Positions 1 to 8,529 of a stretch of DNA of 64,000 nt are shown in pieces. Position 1 is the stretch's first letter, and each line of letters opens with the position of its first letter. The translations under genes and the position numbers were made by a program. The stretch is from the NCBI GenBank assembly GCA_000146465.1, contig CP001950.1; one strand, given 5' to 3'. The notes under the pieces are model-generated. The model worked only from the letters and a program-made list of their open reading frames with translations. It did no database searches and was not told the origin of the DNA.

Positions 1-1
1 T

Positions 2-160
2 AAAAGGTCATTAGTGCAGCACAAAGACTTTATTCTTGGATTGGGAGAAGGATACACAGTATGTGATGTTTGTGGATTTCTTAGATCTGAGAATGAAGTT
101 CATAAGTTCTGCAAGGAACTTTTAGAAAGCGAAAGAGGCTTTGGAAGAAAAAAGAATTGA
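2..160 (+). CDS. 3' end of a gene that starts upstream of the window (partial, unidentified). The translation ends ...GYTVCDVCGFLRSENEVHKFCKELLESERGFGRKKN*.
   Basis: Open frame 2 runs from the window edge to TGA at 158-160. It contains CxxC and C residues suggesting a C-terminal zinc-binding element. No start codon lies inside the window. Confidence 0.3.
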   Translation, partial: KRSLVQHKDFILGLGEGYTVCDVCGFLRSENEVHKFCKELLESERGFGRKKN

Positions 161-180
161 TATCCCATTACCAGGAACCC

Positions 181-576
181 CAGATGACTGTGCTGGAAGT
201 GGAATTTCCCTTTAGAATTGGTAGGAGACATCCTAAGCTTAAGGTGGATGTTACAATGGAAAGAAAAGAAGATTTGGTGTCCTTTGACATGGAATACGAT
301 ATGGACTTGGCGATAGATAATGCAGAACCAAAATCAAAAGAAAGGGCTGGAGGAAGATTTATACACGTATATAAGTTTGTTGATTTGGATAGTGCAATGG
401 AGTTTATGGAAAGTAGGAAAGCGAAGGCCTTGCCCCCTAAAGGATTGCTGGATGTAGAGAGGGTGGAGAAGGAGATGGACTTATTTATGGAAAGATACGA
501 GGCAGGGGAAAGAAAAGTCAAGAAGAAGAAAAAGACAATTGTTGTTAGCGAAGATGGATTCATGAAATATGCATGA
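181..576 (+). CDS. Hypothetical small protein of about 131 aa, possibly RRM-like. The C-terminus is lysine-rich.
   Basis: The track ORF 157..576 begins at TTG. The first ATG is at 181 (MTVLEVEF...). An RNP1-like 'GGRFIHVYKF' stretch is present. No confident family assignment. Confidence 0.4.
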   Translation, partial: QMTVLEVEFPFRIGRRHPKLKVDVTMERKEDLVSFDMEYDMDLAIDNAEPKSKERAGGRFIHVYKFVDLDSAMEFMESRKAKALPPKGLLDVERVEKEMDLFMERYEAGERKVKKKKKTIVVSEDGFMKYA

Positions 577-624
577 GCAGCCAAAGCCGATCCAAGAGGT
601 CTCCAAAGAAAGAAACCTTTATTA

Positions 625-1269
625 TCAAGACAACAGAAACATAATAAACTCTTGGATGACAACTATTCCAAAGAGATAATATGCTCTTCTCATCCTTTCT
701 GCTCCCTTGTCCATCACGCGTCTCTTCAAACTTCTGCTAAGAAATACAAAGAAACTTACATACAGATACATTCCTCCAATCACCCGCACATACTGGATTT
801 TGTTCAGGCGGAGGAGCACGGCAATGACATACTTGTATCCACTGTATGCTATTACATCAAGGGTGCAGAGAGTTACATCAACAAAGTAACCAGAGACTCT
901 CATAAACAACACACACATGGCTTCGAGGAAAAACAGCCTAGTAAACACAATTCCTAGCTTCTCGGGGCTAAACACTCCTTCAAGCCCGAGGTGTAATGCT
1001 CTCACCAAGACATAGGAGATAAAGCTCATAACTGGAATATAAAGCTCAGGCCTTGCCATTCCTTCATCGTCACTTGCCCATTCTTTGTTATTGAATGGAA
1101 ACAGGATGAGCACAAGCTTCTTTAGGACAAATGTATTGTCTATATCGAAATATGTACGGAAGGGTTTTAAAGACACCCCGCTAAGGCCTTTGTTAGCATA
1201 TTCAGTACTCCTCTTAATCGCTTCTTTTCCTATTTCTATTTCCATGGGTGTTTTGATCCAAAGCTTCAT
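625..1269 (-). CDS. Yip1-domain (YIF1/YIP-like) multipass Golgi/ER membrane protein.
   Basis: The track ORF starts at TTG, and ATG is the second codon. The translation shows four or five hydrophobic helices and an 'ELYIPVMSFISYVL' motif typical of the Yif1/Yip1 family. Confidence 0.5.
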   Translation of the reverse strand: MKLWIKTPMEIEIGKEAIKRSTEYANKGLSGVSLKPFRTYFDIDNTFVLKKLVLILFPFNNKEWASDDEGMARPELYIPVMSFISYVLVRALHLGLEGVFSPEKLGIVFTRLFFLEAMCVLFMRVSGYFVDVTLCTLDVIAYSGYKYVIAVLLRLNKIQYVRVIGGMYLYVSFFVFLSRSLKRRVMDKGAERMRRAYYLFGIVVIQEFIMFLLS

Positions 1270-1320
1270 CAAAGCAAAAATATCCTACCACGGTCCCAGA
1301 GATATAATTTATTAATCAAC

Positions 1321-2796
1321 TCATATTTTTCTTTTAAACTTCTTTGGCATCTTCTCCGTTTCTTTGATGTCATTTCTTGTTAAGTCAAAGCTTACTCGCT
1401 TATCATTTCTTTTAGACCCTTCGTCACCTCCTTTTCTTCTTTCTCCAAATCGAAACACCTCCTCCTTATGCTCTTGCCTCTCCGACTTCTTCTTCTGCTT
1501 TTTGAGTTTTGAGTTTTTCTTGGAATCTTCGGGTTGCAAGTCATCCTTTGTCTTCTTGTCCTTTGATATTCCATTTATCCTATCAAACACTCTCTGGATT
1601 ACGGTGCTTGTTCTCTCCACTTCCTCATTAGTGCGAAGAGACTGGATCTTCTTATCAATAAGTGATTTGAGTTCCAGTCCGTAATCCGGAGTCCTATCCT
1701 TCCCAAAATAATCGATCTTTGCGGCAATAGAGCATTTTGTTGCAATGTACCTACAGATCCTTCCTTTGTCTTTGTCTCGGACCCTCGATAAGTAACTGGT
1801 AGTATAGATAAGCCCATACTTTGGTGTCTTCGTCTTTGTCTTCAGAGACTTGAACAGAGACTTCTCCGCTCCAAGAAGTTGAAATGTAGATGCCGGAGCC
1901 TTTGCAAGATTTAACAATCCTCCCCCTTGCGAAATGAGCCTTGCTGCAAGCACATCCCCAAGTATGGCTGCAAGATTAGGCGCAATAGATTCCATTTTGT
2001 CCTTAAGATATTTAGACAGGCCTTTTCTGATTTCAATCTTATTGTTCACTATTTCTATTAACTTCTTCAAGTTAATCATGTCCACAGGAGAAAGTTTCAT
2101 ACCCATGGAATTTCTTTTCAGTTCCTTGATCTTCTCAAGCTTTTCAACATCCACTTCTATATCTTTCCATTCTCCTTTGTTTCCCTCGGTCTCTTCGTCT
2201 ACAAAATGCTTTACAGCCTTAATGTATTCATGGTTGTCCTTCAGTGCAACACTCAACTCGGGAAATACCCATCCATAGATTTCTCTTATCCTCATGGAAT
2301 ACGAATTGATGTCCTTGCCCACTTGTTCTAATAGCATCACTGTGTGGATTACAATAAAGTCTTCTCTCTTTACGTTATATTCAACCTTCTCCCTCGAATA
2401 TTCATATGCTAGACCAAGCACCATCTGCTTGCTATCATATTCATCAAGCCTCATAAGCTTTCTATAGTCCTTTCGGACGCCTCTCATTATATTCTCGCTC
2501 TCCTTCTGTTTGATTCCAAGTACATCAAGGCCCTTTCTTAGAGTGCTGTCGCAATGCAAGACCTTAACATTGTTAAGCTCAAGAAACTTCTTTAAGTCCT
2601 CATGGATCTCTCCTTGCGAAAGACATTTCAGATGGTCTGACGCCTCGTTAAGACTGGCAAATCTCATTCCAGATCTCAAGTTCAGAACTTGAGTTAGTTT
2701 GGTATAGTCTTCGTACGTAGACTTCGACATGTCTTCATATTCCTTGAGTTCAAACAGTCCGTATCCCCCTGCATACTCAAAAAGCAAGTGTTCCAT
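1321..2796 (-). CDS. NOP56: Box C/D snoRNP protein Nop56 (Nop5/Nop56/Nop58 family).
   Basis: N-terminus 'MEHLLFEYAGGYGLF'. Nop domain 'GGGLLNLAKAPASTFQLLGAEKSLFKSLKTKTKTPKYGLIY...KGRICRYIATKCSIAAKIDYF'. C-terminal K/E-rich tail. ATG start verified. Confidence 0.85.
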   Translation of the reverse strand: MEHLLFEYAGGYGLFELKEYEDMSKSTYEDYTKLTQVLNLRSGMRFASLNEASDHLKCLSQGEIHEDLKKFLELNNVKVLHCDSTLRKGLDVLGIKQKESENIMRGVRKDYRKLMRLDEYDSKQMVLGLAYEYSREKVEYNVKREDFIVIHTVMLLEQVGKDINSYSMRIREIYGWVFPELSVALKDNHEYIKAVKHFVDEETEGNKGEWKDIEVDVEKLEKIKELKRNSMGMKLSPVDMINLKKLIEIVNNKIEIRKGLSKYLKDKMESIAPNLAAILGDVLAARLISQGGGLLNLAKAPASTFQLLGAEKSLFKSLKTKTKTPKYGLIYTTSYLSRVRDKDKGRICRYIATKCSIAAKIDYFGKDRTPDYGLELKSLIDKKIQSLRTNEEVERTSTVIQRVFDRINGISKDKKTKDDLQPEDSKKNSKLKKQKKKSERQEHKEEVFRFGERRKGGDEGSKRNDKRVSFDLTRNDIKETEKMPKKFKRKI

Positions 2797-2869
2797 GGGG
2801 TCTTATCCTTCCGTTTTTCTAAGCTCAGAACATGATAAACTTGAGGAATAATAATATCAGCTTTAATCT

Positions 2870-3868
2870 TTATAGTTCGATGACACGGTCTGCCGCCTTC
2901 TCTAACCTATCCATGATTGCATGGCCTTGTTCGTCGCAATCCATTCCAGCAACTAAGATTATATCGTTGACCTTGTCGAGCTTTCGAATTCCTCGGAAAA
3001 AGTTCTTGCATATATTTTTCTTATCATCTCCCATGTCGAAGATGTCAACCTTCACATCCGAAAAGATCTTAAGATCCATTCCTGAATGTAAAGCAACACC
3101 TACTCTAGCAATATTGGAGCTCTCAGAAATATATTTGAGAATTCCATCTTTAATATCTTCTTGTCTTCCTTTGAATAAAACTAACGGTGATTTTGGCGAA
3201 TAATGCTTATGTCTTTTCTCCTTTCCTCCCCATTCATTCTTCTTTACTATCACTTCGCAATCAACAACATCTTTTATTCTTTCCACAGTTATTCCCCCTG
3301 GCCTAAGAACCTGGAGCCTTCCATCCACATACTGCACAATTGTAGACTCTACTCCAATCGAAGACGGACCTCCATCTATCATTAGCTTTACTTCGTCGCC
3401 AAAGTCCTCAATCACATGCTCAATCGTTGTAGGGCTTGGCCTTCCGCTTATGTTGGCTGAGGGGATTACAAGAGGTGCTCCAAGCCTCTCTATTATCTTT
3501 AATAGAAGCTTACTTCCGGGCATTCTAACGGCAATAGTATTAAGTCCTCCTCTGACTATAGGGCTCACATTGTCTTTCGACTTGAAGAGAAGAGTTAGAG
3601 GCCCAGGCCAGAAGTTCTCTATTAACTTTTTATATTGCAAAGGAATCGGGCCCTCAACGATTTCTTCAAGCATTTGAACTGAAGAAATTCCTGCAATTAG
3701 TGGGTTATTTGCAGGCCTTCCCTTGAGTGCAAATATCCTTTCCACAGCACGGAGGTTCCAAATATTTGCAGCTAGCCCATAGACTGTCTCTGTGGGAACA
3801 ACCACCACATCTTCAAAAAAGTCTAGAACCGACTCGACATCGAGCCCTTCCGCAGAAACCACCCTCAT
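2870..3868 (-). CDS. SUA5: Threonylcarbamoyl-AMP synthase Sua5 (YrdC domain plus Sua5 C-terminal domain), for tRNA t6A synthesis.
   Basis: Motifs 'PTETVYGLAANIWNLRAVERIFALKGRPANNPLI', 'WPGPLTLL', 'RMPGS' and 'SANISGRPSPTT', followed by a Sua5-type C-domain. The track start 3913 is TTG. The first ATG is at 3868 (MRVVSAEG...). Confidence 0.85.
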   Translation of the reverse strand: MRVVSAEGLDVESVLDFFEDVVVVPTETVYGLAANIWNLRAVERIFALKGRPANNPLIAGISSVQMLEEIVEGPIPLQYKKLIENFWPGPLTLLFKSKDNVSPIVRGGLNTIAVRMPGSKLLLKIIERLGAPLVIPSANISGRPSPTTIEHVIEDFGDEVKLMIDGGPSSIGVESTIVQYVDGRLQVLRPGGITVERIKDVVDCEVIVKKNEWGGKEKRHKHYSPKSPLVLFKGRQEDIKDGILKYISESSNIARVGVALHSGMDLKIFSDVKVDIFDMGDDKKNICKNFFRGIRKLDKVNDIILVAGMDCDEQGHAIMDRLEKAADRVIEL

Positions 3869-3928
3869 TTGTACTGGGGCATATGCTATGGTAAAATTAC
3901 TGTTAAACTCCAAACATTGGCCCTTGAG

Positions 3929-4126
3929 ATGGTAAAGGCAACAAAGGGATATTTCCTAAGGACAGAACCTAGTGTAAAGGAAGTGATATTGAAGCTTGGG
4001 GAGACAGAGAACTTCATAATAGAAGATATAAATGATACATGTATTTTTATCACTCCGGAAGCAGCCTCAGATATCAAGGAACGGGTGGAGCTTATAATGA
4101 ACAATGCAAAAAACCCAGGAAAGTAA
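3929..4126 (+). CDS. TFB5: TFIIH subunit Tfb5/p8 (TTDA), 65 aa.
   Basis: MVKATKGYFLRTEPSVKEVILKLGETENFIIEDINDTCIFITPEAASDIKERVELIM aligns along its whole length with yeast Tfb5 (MARARKGALVQCDPSIKALILQID...LEELDDTHLLVNPSKVEFVKHELNRLL). The track ORF from 3869 starts at TTG. The ATG is at 3929. Confidence 0.7.
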   Translation: MVKATKGYFLRTEPSVKEVILKLGETENFIIEDINDTCIFITPEAASDIKERVELIMNNAKNPGK

Positions 4127-4176
4127 AGAACATCTTCTCTAGAAGAAAGCATATTAGATGATTCTGAAGAGCCCCT

Positions 4177-5853
4177 ATGGGTGTTCGGTCGTTGTGGAAG
4201 ATTCTCAAGCCCTCGATGGAGAAGACTACGCCGTCTGGGATAAAACTTGCTGTGGACACAAGCATCTGGATATGCCAGTATGGACACTTAGGAAGTGATG
4301 ATATAATTTACTTTTTTTCAAAAAGGATTATCAAACTTCTGTACCATGGGATCCAACCAGTTTTTGTTTTTGATGGAAAGCCTCCGGAGATCAAAAAGCA
4401 TGCCATTTTGGAAAGAAGAAAAAGGAGCAATAGGAGCGGGATAGAAACTGTAGATAAAATGCTCAAATGGGATGAGAATTTAGATCTTCCAAGTAGCAAG
4501 GCTAAGGCTGTCGAGTTTGGAAAGGATAGATATAATTGGGGGGACATCTTCGATTCGGAATTGGATTCACATCTACTTGAATATTCAACAAGTTCGGATG
4601 AAGAAGTCTCTTCTAACGAGCGAGAAGAAAACAGCTTGGAACTAGATATAAGCTTTGATTTTGTTGAATCCAAAGATTTGTCTAGAACACAAAAGCTTAG
4701 AAGGCTGGTTGACCTAAGAGGGCGCAGAAAGGAAATAAGAACAAGATGTAACTTTGACGATCCAGACACTTTCTCAATGCTACAGATTAAGAACTTGAAG
4801 ATTCGAAATCTGATCTCCCATAATATAAAAGCTCTGGAAAAAAAAGGTTATAGAAGAGTCCATGGGGATTGTAAGGCCATATATAAGCTTACAAAGAAGC
4901 CAGATTATGTACGTAACGAGGGAGAAACAACCAACGAATTAAAAAAACCTACAAAGAGGGTTCTTCCTGCAACTGGGCCCGATTTGGAAAATGATATTTC
5001 TGAATTGGTTGATGAAACGTGTGTAAAGAACAATTTGTCTGTTCAGGATTTGGCATCCTATCCTGTCCTTAAAAGTCTGGTAGATAAGTACAAGGATTCG
5101 GATAGAAGTCTGAAAAAGGACACAGAGTGTATCCAAGGAGTAGAGAACTACAAAGAAGAGAAAGTGGCTTTGGTAAGTGGTGCGAAAGAAAGGATGATGG
5201 GAGGTTTTTTTGGCCTAGATGGTAGTTTGGACTCTTGGGACACAGTCCAAGAGGAATATGGTAGCTTTTATAAAGGCAGAGAAATCCCCGATGAAACTAA
5301 TCAGGGAATCCGTGATATTTGCAGAGTGATGAGGCTTATAAAGGATATCCTGGAGGTGTTCAATATTTCATACGTAGAAGCACCTTCGGAAGCTGATGCC
5401 CAATGCGGGTTTATGTGCCGCAATAATACTGTTGATGGTGTGATAACTGAAGACAACGATGTTCTACTCTATGGAGGAACAGTTTATAGAAACTTTTTTA
5501 GAAGGGACCGAGGAATAGAGAAATACAGTCTAGAGAGAATCAAAAAGGAGCTCAACCTTGATAGGAAGAATCTTATAGAACTTTCATATCTTCTGGGAAG
5601 TGACTACACACTAGGAGTCAAGGGAATAGGGCCAGTGAAAGCTCTTGAGGCGGTTAGAAAGGGATCTGTAAGGGAGGAAGATATAGGTATGCTGGTGGGA
5701 TTATACTTGAATCCTGTTGCTATTGATATGAAGGATATTCTAATCCCTGTAGTAGACAAAGACAAAATAAGAATGTTCTATGAAAAAAAAGGACTGAGTA
5801 AGGAAAGAATAGATGGAGTTATGTTTTTCCTTGAAAGAATCAAATTTGGATGA
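4177..5853 (+). CDS. RAD2: XPG/Rad2-family structure-specific nuclease (nucleotide excision repair), reduced to 558 aa.
   Basis: N-domain 'MGVRSLWKILKP...GIQPVFVFDGKPPEIKK'. An acidic spacer of about 280 aa. I-domain 'ISYVEAPSEADAQCGFM...VITEDNDVLLYGG' plus a helix-hairpin-helix 'LLGSDYTLGVKGIGPVKALE'. The long spacer between the N- and I-domains indicates XPG rather than FEN1, EXO1 or GEN1. Confidence 0.8.
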   Translation: MGVRSLWKILKPSMEKTTPSGIKLAVDTSIWICQYGHLGSDDIIYFFSKRIIKLLYHGIQPVFVFDGKPPEIKKHAILERRKRSNRSGIETVDKMLKWDENLDLPSSKAKAVEFGKDRYNWGDIFDSELDSHLLEYSTSSDEEVSSNEREENSLELDISFDFVESKDLSRTQKLRRLVDLRGRRKEIRTRCNFDDPDTFSMLQIKNLKIRNLISHNIKALEKKGYRRVHGDCKAIYKLTKKPDYVRNEGETTNELKKPTKRVLPATGPDLENDISELVDETCVKNNLSVQDLASYPVLKSLVDKYKDSDRSLKKDTECIQGVENYKEEKVALVSGAKERMMGGFFGLDGSLDSWDTVQEEYGSFYKGREIPDETNQGIRDICRVMRLIKDILEVFNISYVEAPSEADAQCGFMCRNNTVDGVITEDNDVLLYGGTVYRNFFRRDRGIEKYSLERIKKELNLDRKNLIELSYLLGSDYTLGVKGIGPVKALEAVRKGSVREEDIGMLVGLYLNPVAIDMKDILIPVVDKDKIRMFYEKKGLSKERIDGVMFFLERIKFG

Positions 5854-5926
5854 TTCTACTGTTCTTTGAGACTTCTGGAAAATATTATACTAATGTAGGG
5901 AAAAAAAAGGATAAAATTATATCCAT

Positions 5927-6889
5927 ATGAAGCTGAGACCAAGAAGAATAAAGAAGAGATGTTTAGTTTTACTGATTATTTTGTTTAATCTCCTACTGGT
6001 TCTTCTTGTGAAGCATAAAAACAAAATGAACATAGGAAACAAGGTGGATCTTGGTCGTTTGAAATGGTTTGGAACTGGTACAATAGTGGTGTCGGCGATG
6101 GAAATGTTCCAAGACGTGGGGTTTTCCGATGCCATCTCGAAATCTGAGTTGATTTCCACAGACGTTCAAGGACAAGGAGACGTTGTGGATTCCATACTGA
6201 GCCGTGTAAACGTCGAGGTTAGGGAGATTCTACTCATAGATACAAGGAGACTTAGAGGCATGAACCGTACTGTTTTCCCAAGGTTTGAGAAAGAGAGGGC
6301 AAACTACAGTCTTGGAATAGACTATATTGAAGAATTGGCCAAGGAATTTATCAGGAGAATAGACAATGGAAGAGTTAAGTACCCATTTGGTAGTAACACA
6401 GCAAGAGAATATGTAATGAGGATAAAGTCGTTTACCAAGAGGCATACCAAGGGAGAAGACGATAGCGAGATTATAAAGCTAGTAAACAAGGTGTTTCCAA
6501 CCATTGAGATATCATTCTACACATACATAATGATGGTTCTACTCAACATTCGAGAGATGATTGTTGAAGATTTTGATTCAATTAAGGAAATATTGAAGAC
6601 AAGAAAGATATATAGCATCAGTAACGACAAGATAAATCAGCTTGGAGGAATGATCATGAGAGCCCGGGCTTTCAACGACGGAATACCCGAGTGGAATTTA
6701 TGCAATGCATGCGATCAAGTCTTTTTTGAAGAAGATCGCGCCGATTTACAAAAGCTTACGTGTGATGATGTTATATGTAGGAGATGTTTAAAGCAATCCT
6801 TCCTGTATTCTGATGATGAGTTCTGCATAAAGTGCGGGACTGAATACGACATTTTACCTGGAAATCGCTTTAAAGATTTACTTGATTAG
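5927..6889 (+). CDS. Hypothetical type-II/signal-anchored membrane protein with a C-terminal RING-like cysteine cluster.
   Basis: N-terminus 'MKLRPRRIKKRCLVLLIILFNLLLVLLV' (signal anchor). C-terminus 'CNACDQVF...(16)...CDDVICRRCL...CIKCG'. The TAG stop at 6887-6889 directly abuts the next gene's ATG. Confidence 0.45.
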   Translation: MKLRPRRIKKRCLVLLIILFNLLLVLLVKHKNKMNIGNKVDLGRLKWFGTGTIVVSAMEMFQDVGFSDAISKSELISTDVQGQGDVVDSILSRVNVEVREILLIDTRRLRGMNRTVFPRFEKERANYSLGIDYIEELAKEFIRRIDNGRVKYPFGSNTAREYVMRIKSFTKRHTKGEDDSEIIKLVNKVFPTIEISFYTYIMMVLLNIREMIVEDFDSIKEILKTRKIYSISNDKINQLGGMIMRARAFNDGIPEWNLCNACDQVFFEEDRADLQKLTCDDVICRRCLKQSFLYSDDEFCIKCGTEYDILPGNRFKDLLD

Positions 6890-8422
6890 ATGGTTAGATC
6901 ATGTGGATCTGGAAATCAATATGACCCGCCCAAGGCTACAAAATTTAGTCGAGGCTCAAACAAATATGTGATGGAAATGCCCATGAAAAGCATGACGGAG
7001 GATATAAAGAAAGAAGGAAAGAAAGGTGGAAGAAATAGAGAAAAAGAATCTTGGAAGAAAGGAGAATTCTTAGGGAAGAAGTATGTGGAAAGAAGCTCTG
7101 CCGGATTGAGTAATATTCGAAGATCCGAGGAGGAATTCCAAGGAAATGGCAAAGATGAAGAAAGAAACAATTTGGAAGGAAAGACAAATAGGAAAGAAAC
7201 GAGAGACACAAAGACTAATTCTTTGGAGCTTTCCCTATTGAATAGAACAGCAGAAAGTGATGGAGGTGTGTTCTTGTCTAAAGACGTAAGAGAAACAGAG
7301 AACGTGAAATGGGAGATATTTGGACTTAAACCCAAACTATTGAAAAGAATACAGGATATTGGGTATAACTTTCCTTCCCCTGTTCAAGTAGCGTCCATCC
7401 CACATGCTTTGAAAGGAAGGGACATGCTTGTTAGATCGAAAAACGGGACTGGAAAAACAGCATCCTACACAATTCCTATTCTTAATGCAATAAATCCTGA
7501 GGAGCTGAATATTCAAGGGATTATATTGGTTCCCATAAGAGAGCTTGCATTGCAGATATCGAGAAATGTCAAAAGGTTATCCGAAGGGATGGGAGTGATA
7601 TCAGCACCTATTGTTGGAGGAACAAACATGCAGGATGACATCATAAGGGTGTCCAATGGTGTCCATGTGATGGTAGGAACACCTGGGAGAATAGTGGATC
7701 TTATAGAAAAGAAAATTGGAGTACTTTCAAAGAAGATCATCTTAGTGTTTGATGAGGCTGATAAACTACTTGATGTGACATTTGGAGAGACGGTCACAAG
7801 GCTCCTGGATATCCTGCCAAGAGAAAGACATATATTATTGTACTCGGCGACATTTCCATATTTTGTTACAGGGTTCATCAAGCGGTACATGAGAGATCCA
7901 CTGTGTCTCAATCTGATGAAGGAGCTTGTCCCTGTAGGAGTTAAACAGTTTTATACAATTGTAAAGCCTTCAGAAAAGCTTCTTTGTTTAAGATCGCTTC
8001 TTCTGAAACTAAAAATCAATCAGTGTGTGATATTTTGCAACAATATCAAGACTGTGGAGCTTCTGGCTATGAAGGTTACTGAGATTGGGATTCCTTCCTA
8101 CTTTATCCATTCGAAAATGACACAAGAAGATAGGAACATAGTATTCCATAACTTTCTGAAGGGAAAGTGCAAGATTCTAGTTGCAACAGACCTCATAACA
8201 CGTGGTGTTGATGTTCCCAACACAAACTATGTGATTAACTTTGATATTCCTAAGTCTCCTGAATCCTACCTTCATAGAATTGGAAGGGCAGGTAGGTTTG
8301 GAACGCCAGGTGTTGCCATAAGTCTGGTTACGACAGAAGAAAAAGAAATGCTAGCAGACATAGAAGTAAAGCTGGGGAAAGAAGTATCTCCTCTCTCAGA
8401 CGGAGGTCTAGATCGCTTATGA
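6890..8422 (+). CDS. DHH1: DEAD-box RNA helicase Dhh1/DDX6 (mRNA decapping activator), with a K/E-rich N-terminal extension.
   Basis: 'GYNFPSPVQVASIPHALKGRDMLVRSKNGTGKTASYTIP', 'LVFDEADKLL', 'YSATFP', 'HRIGRAGRFG'. The core is near-collinear with Dhh1. The start may instead be the ATG at 6971 (MEMPMKSM) because 6890 abuts the upstream stop. Confidence 0.85.
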   Translation: MVRSCGSGNQYDPPKATKFSRGSNKYVMEMPMKSMTEDIKKEGKKGGRNREKESWKKGEFLGKKYVERSSAGLSNIRRSEEEFQGNGKDEERNNLEGKTNRKETRDTKTNSLELSLLNRTAESDGGVFLSKDVRETENVKWEIFGLKPKLLKRIQDIGYNFPSPVQVASIPHALKGRDMLVRSKNGTGKTASYTIPILNAINPEELNIQGIILVPIRELALQISRNVKRLSEGMGVISAPIVGGTNMQDDIIRVSNGVHVMVGTPGRIVDLIEKKIGVLSKKIILVFDEADKLLDVTFGETVTRLLDILPRERHILLYSATFPYFVTGFIKRYMRDPLCLNLMKELVPVGVKQFYTIVKPSEKLLCLRSLLLKLKINQCVIFCNNIKTVELLAMKVTEIGIPSYFIHSKMTQEDRNIVFHNFLKGKCKILVATDLITRGVDVPNTNYVINFDIPKSPESYLHRIGRAGRFGTPGVAISLVTTEEKEMLADIEVKLGKEVSPLSDGGLDRL

Positions 8423-8529
8423 AAGTAACATAGATAAGAATCAAGAATAAGAATAAATATTTTTGAGTTTCATCAATATCTTAAGCATCCATTAGCTTTA
8501 ATACGATCGATTGTGATGTCTAAATCCTT

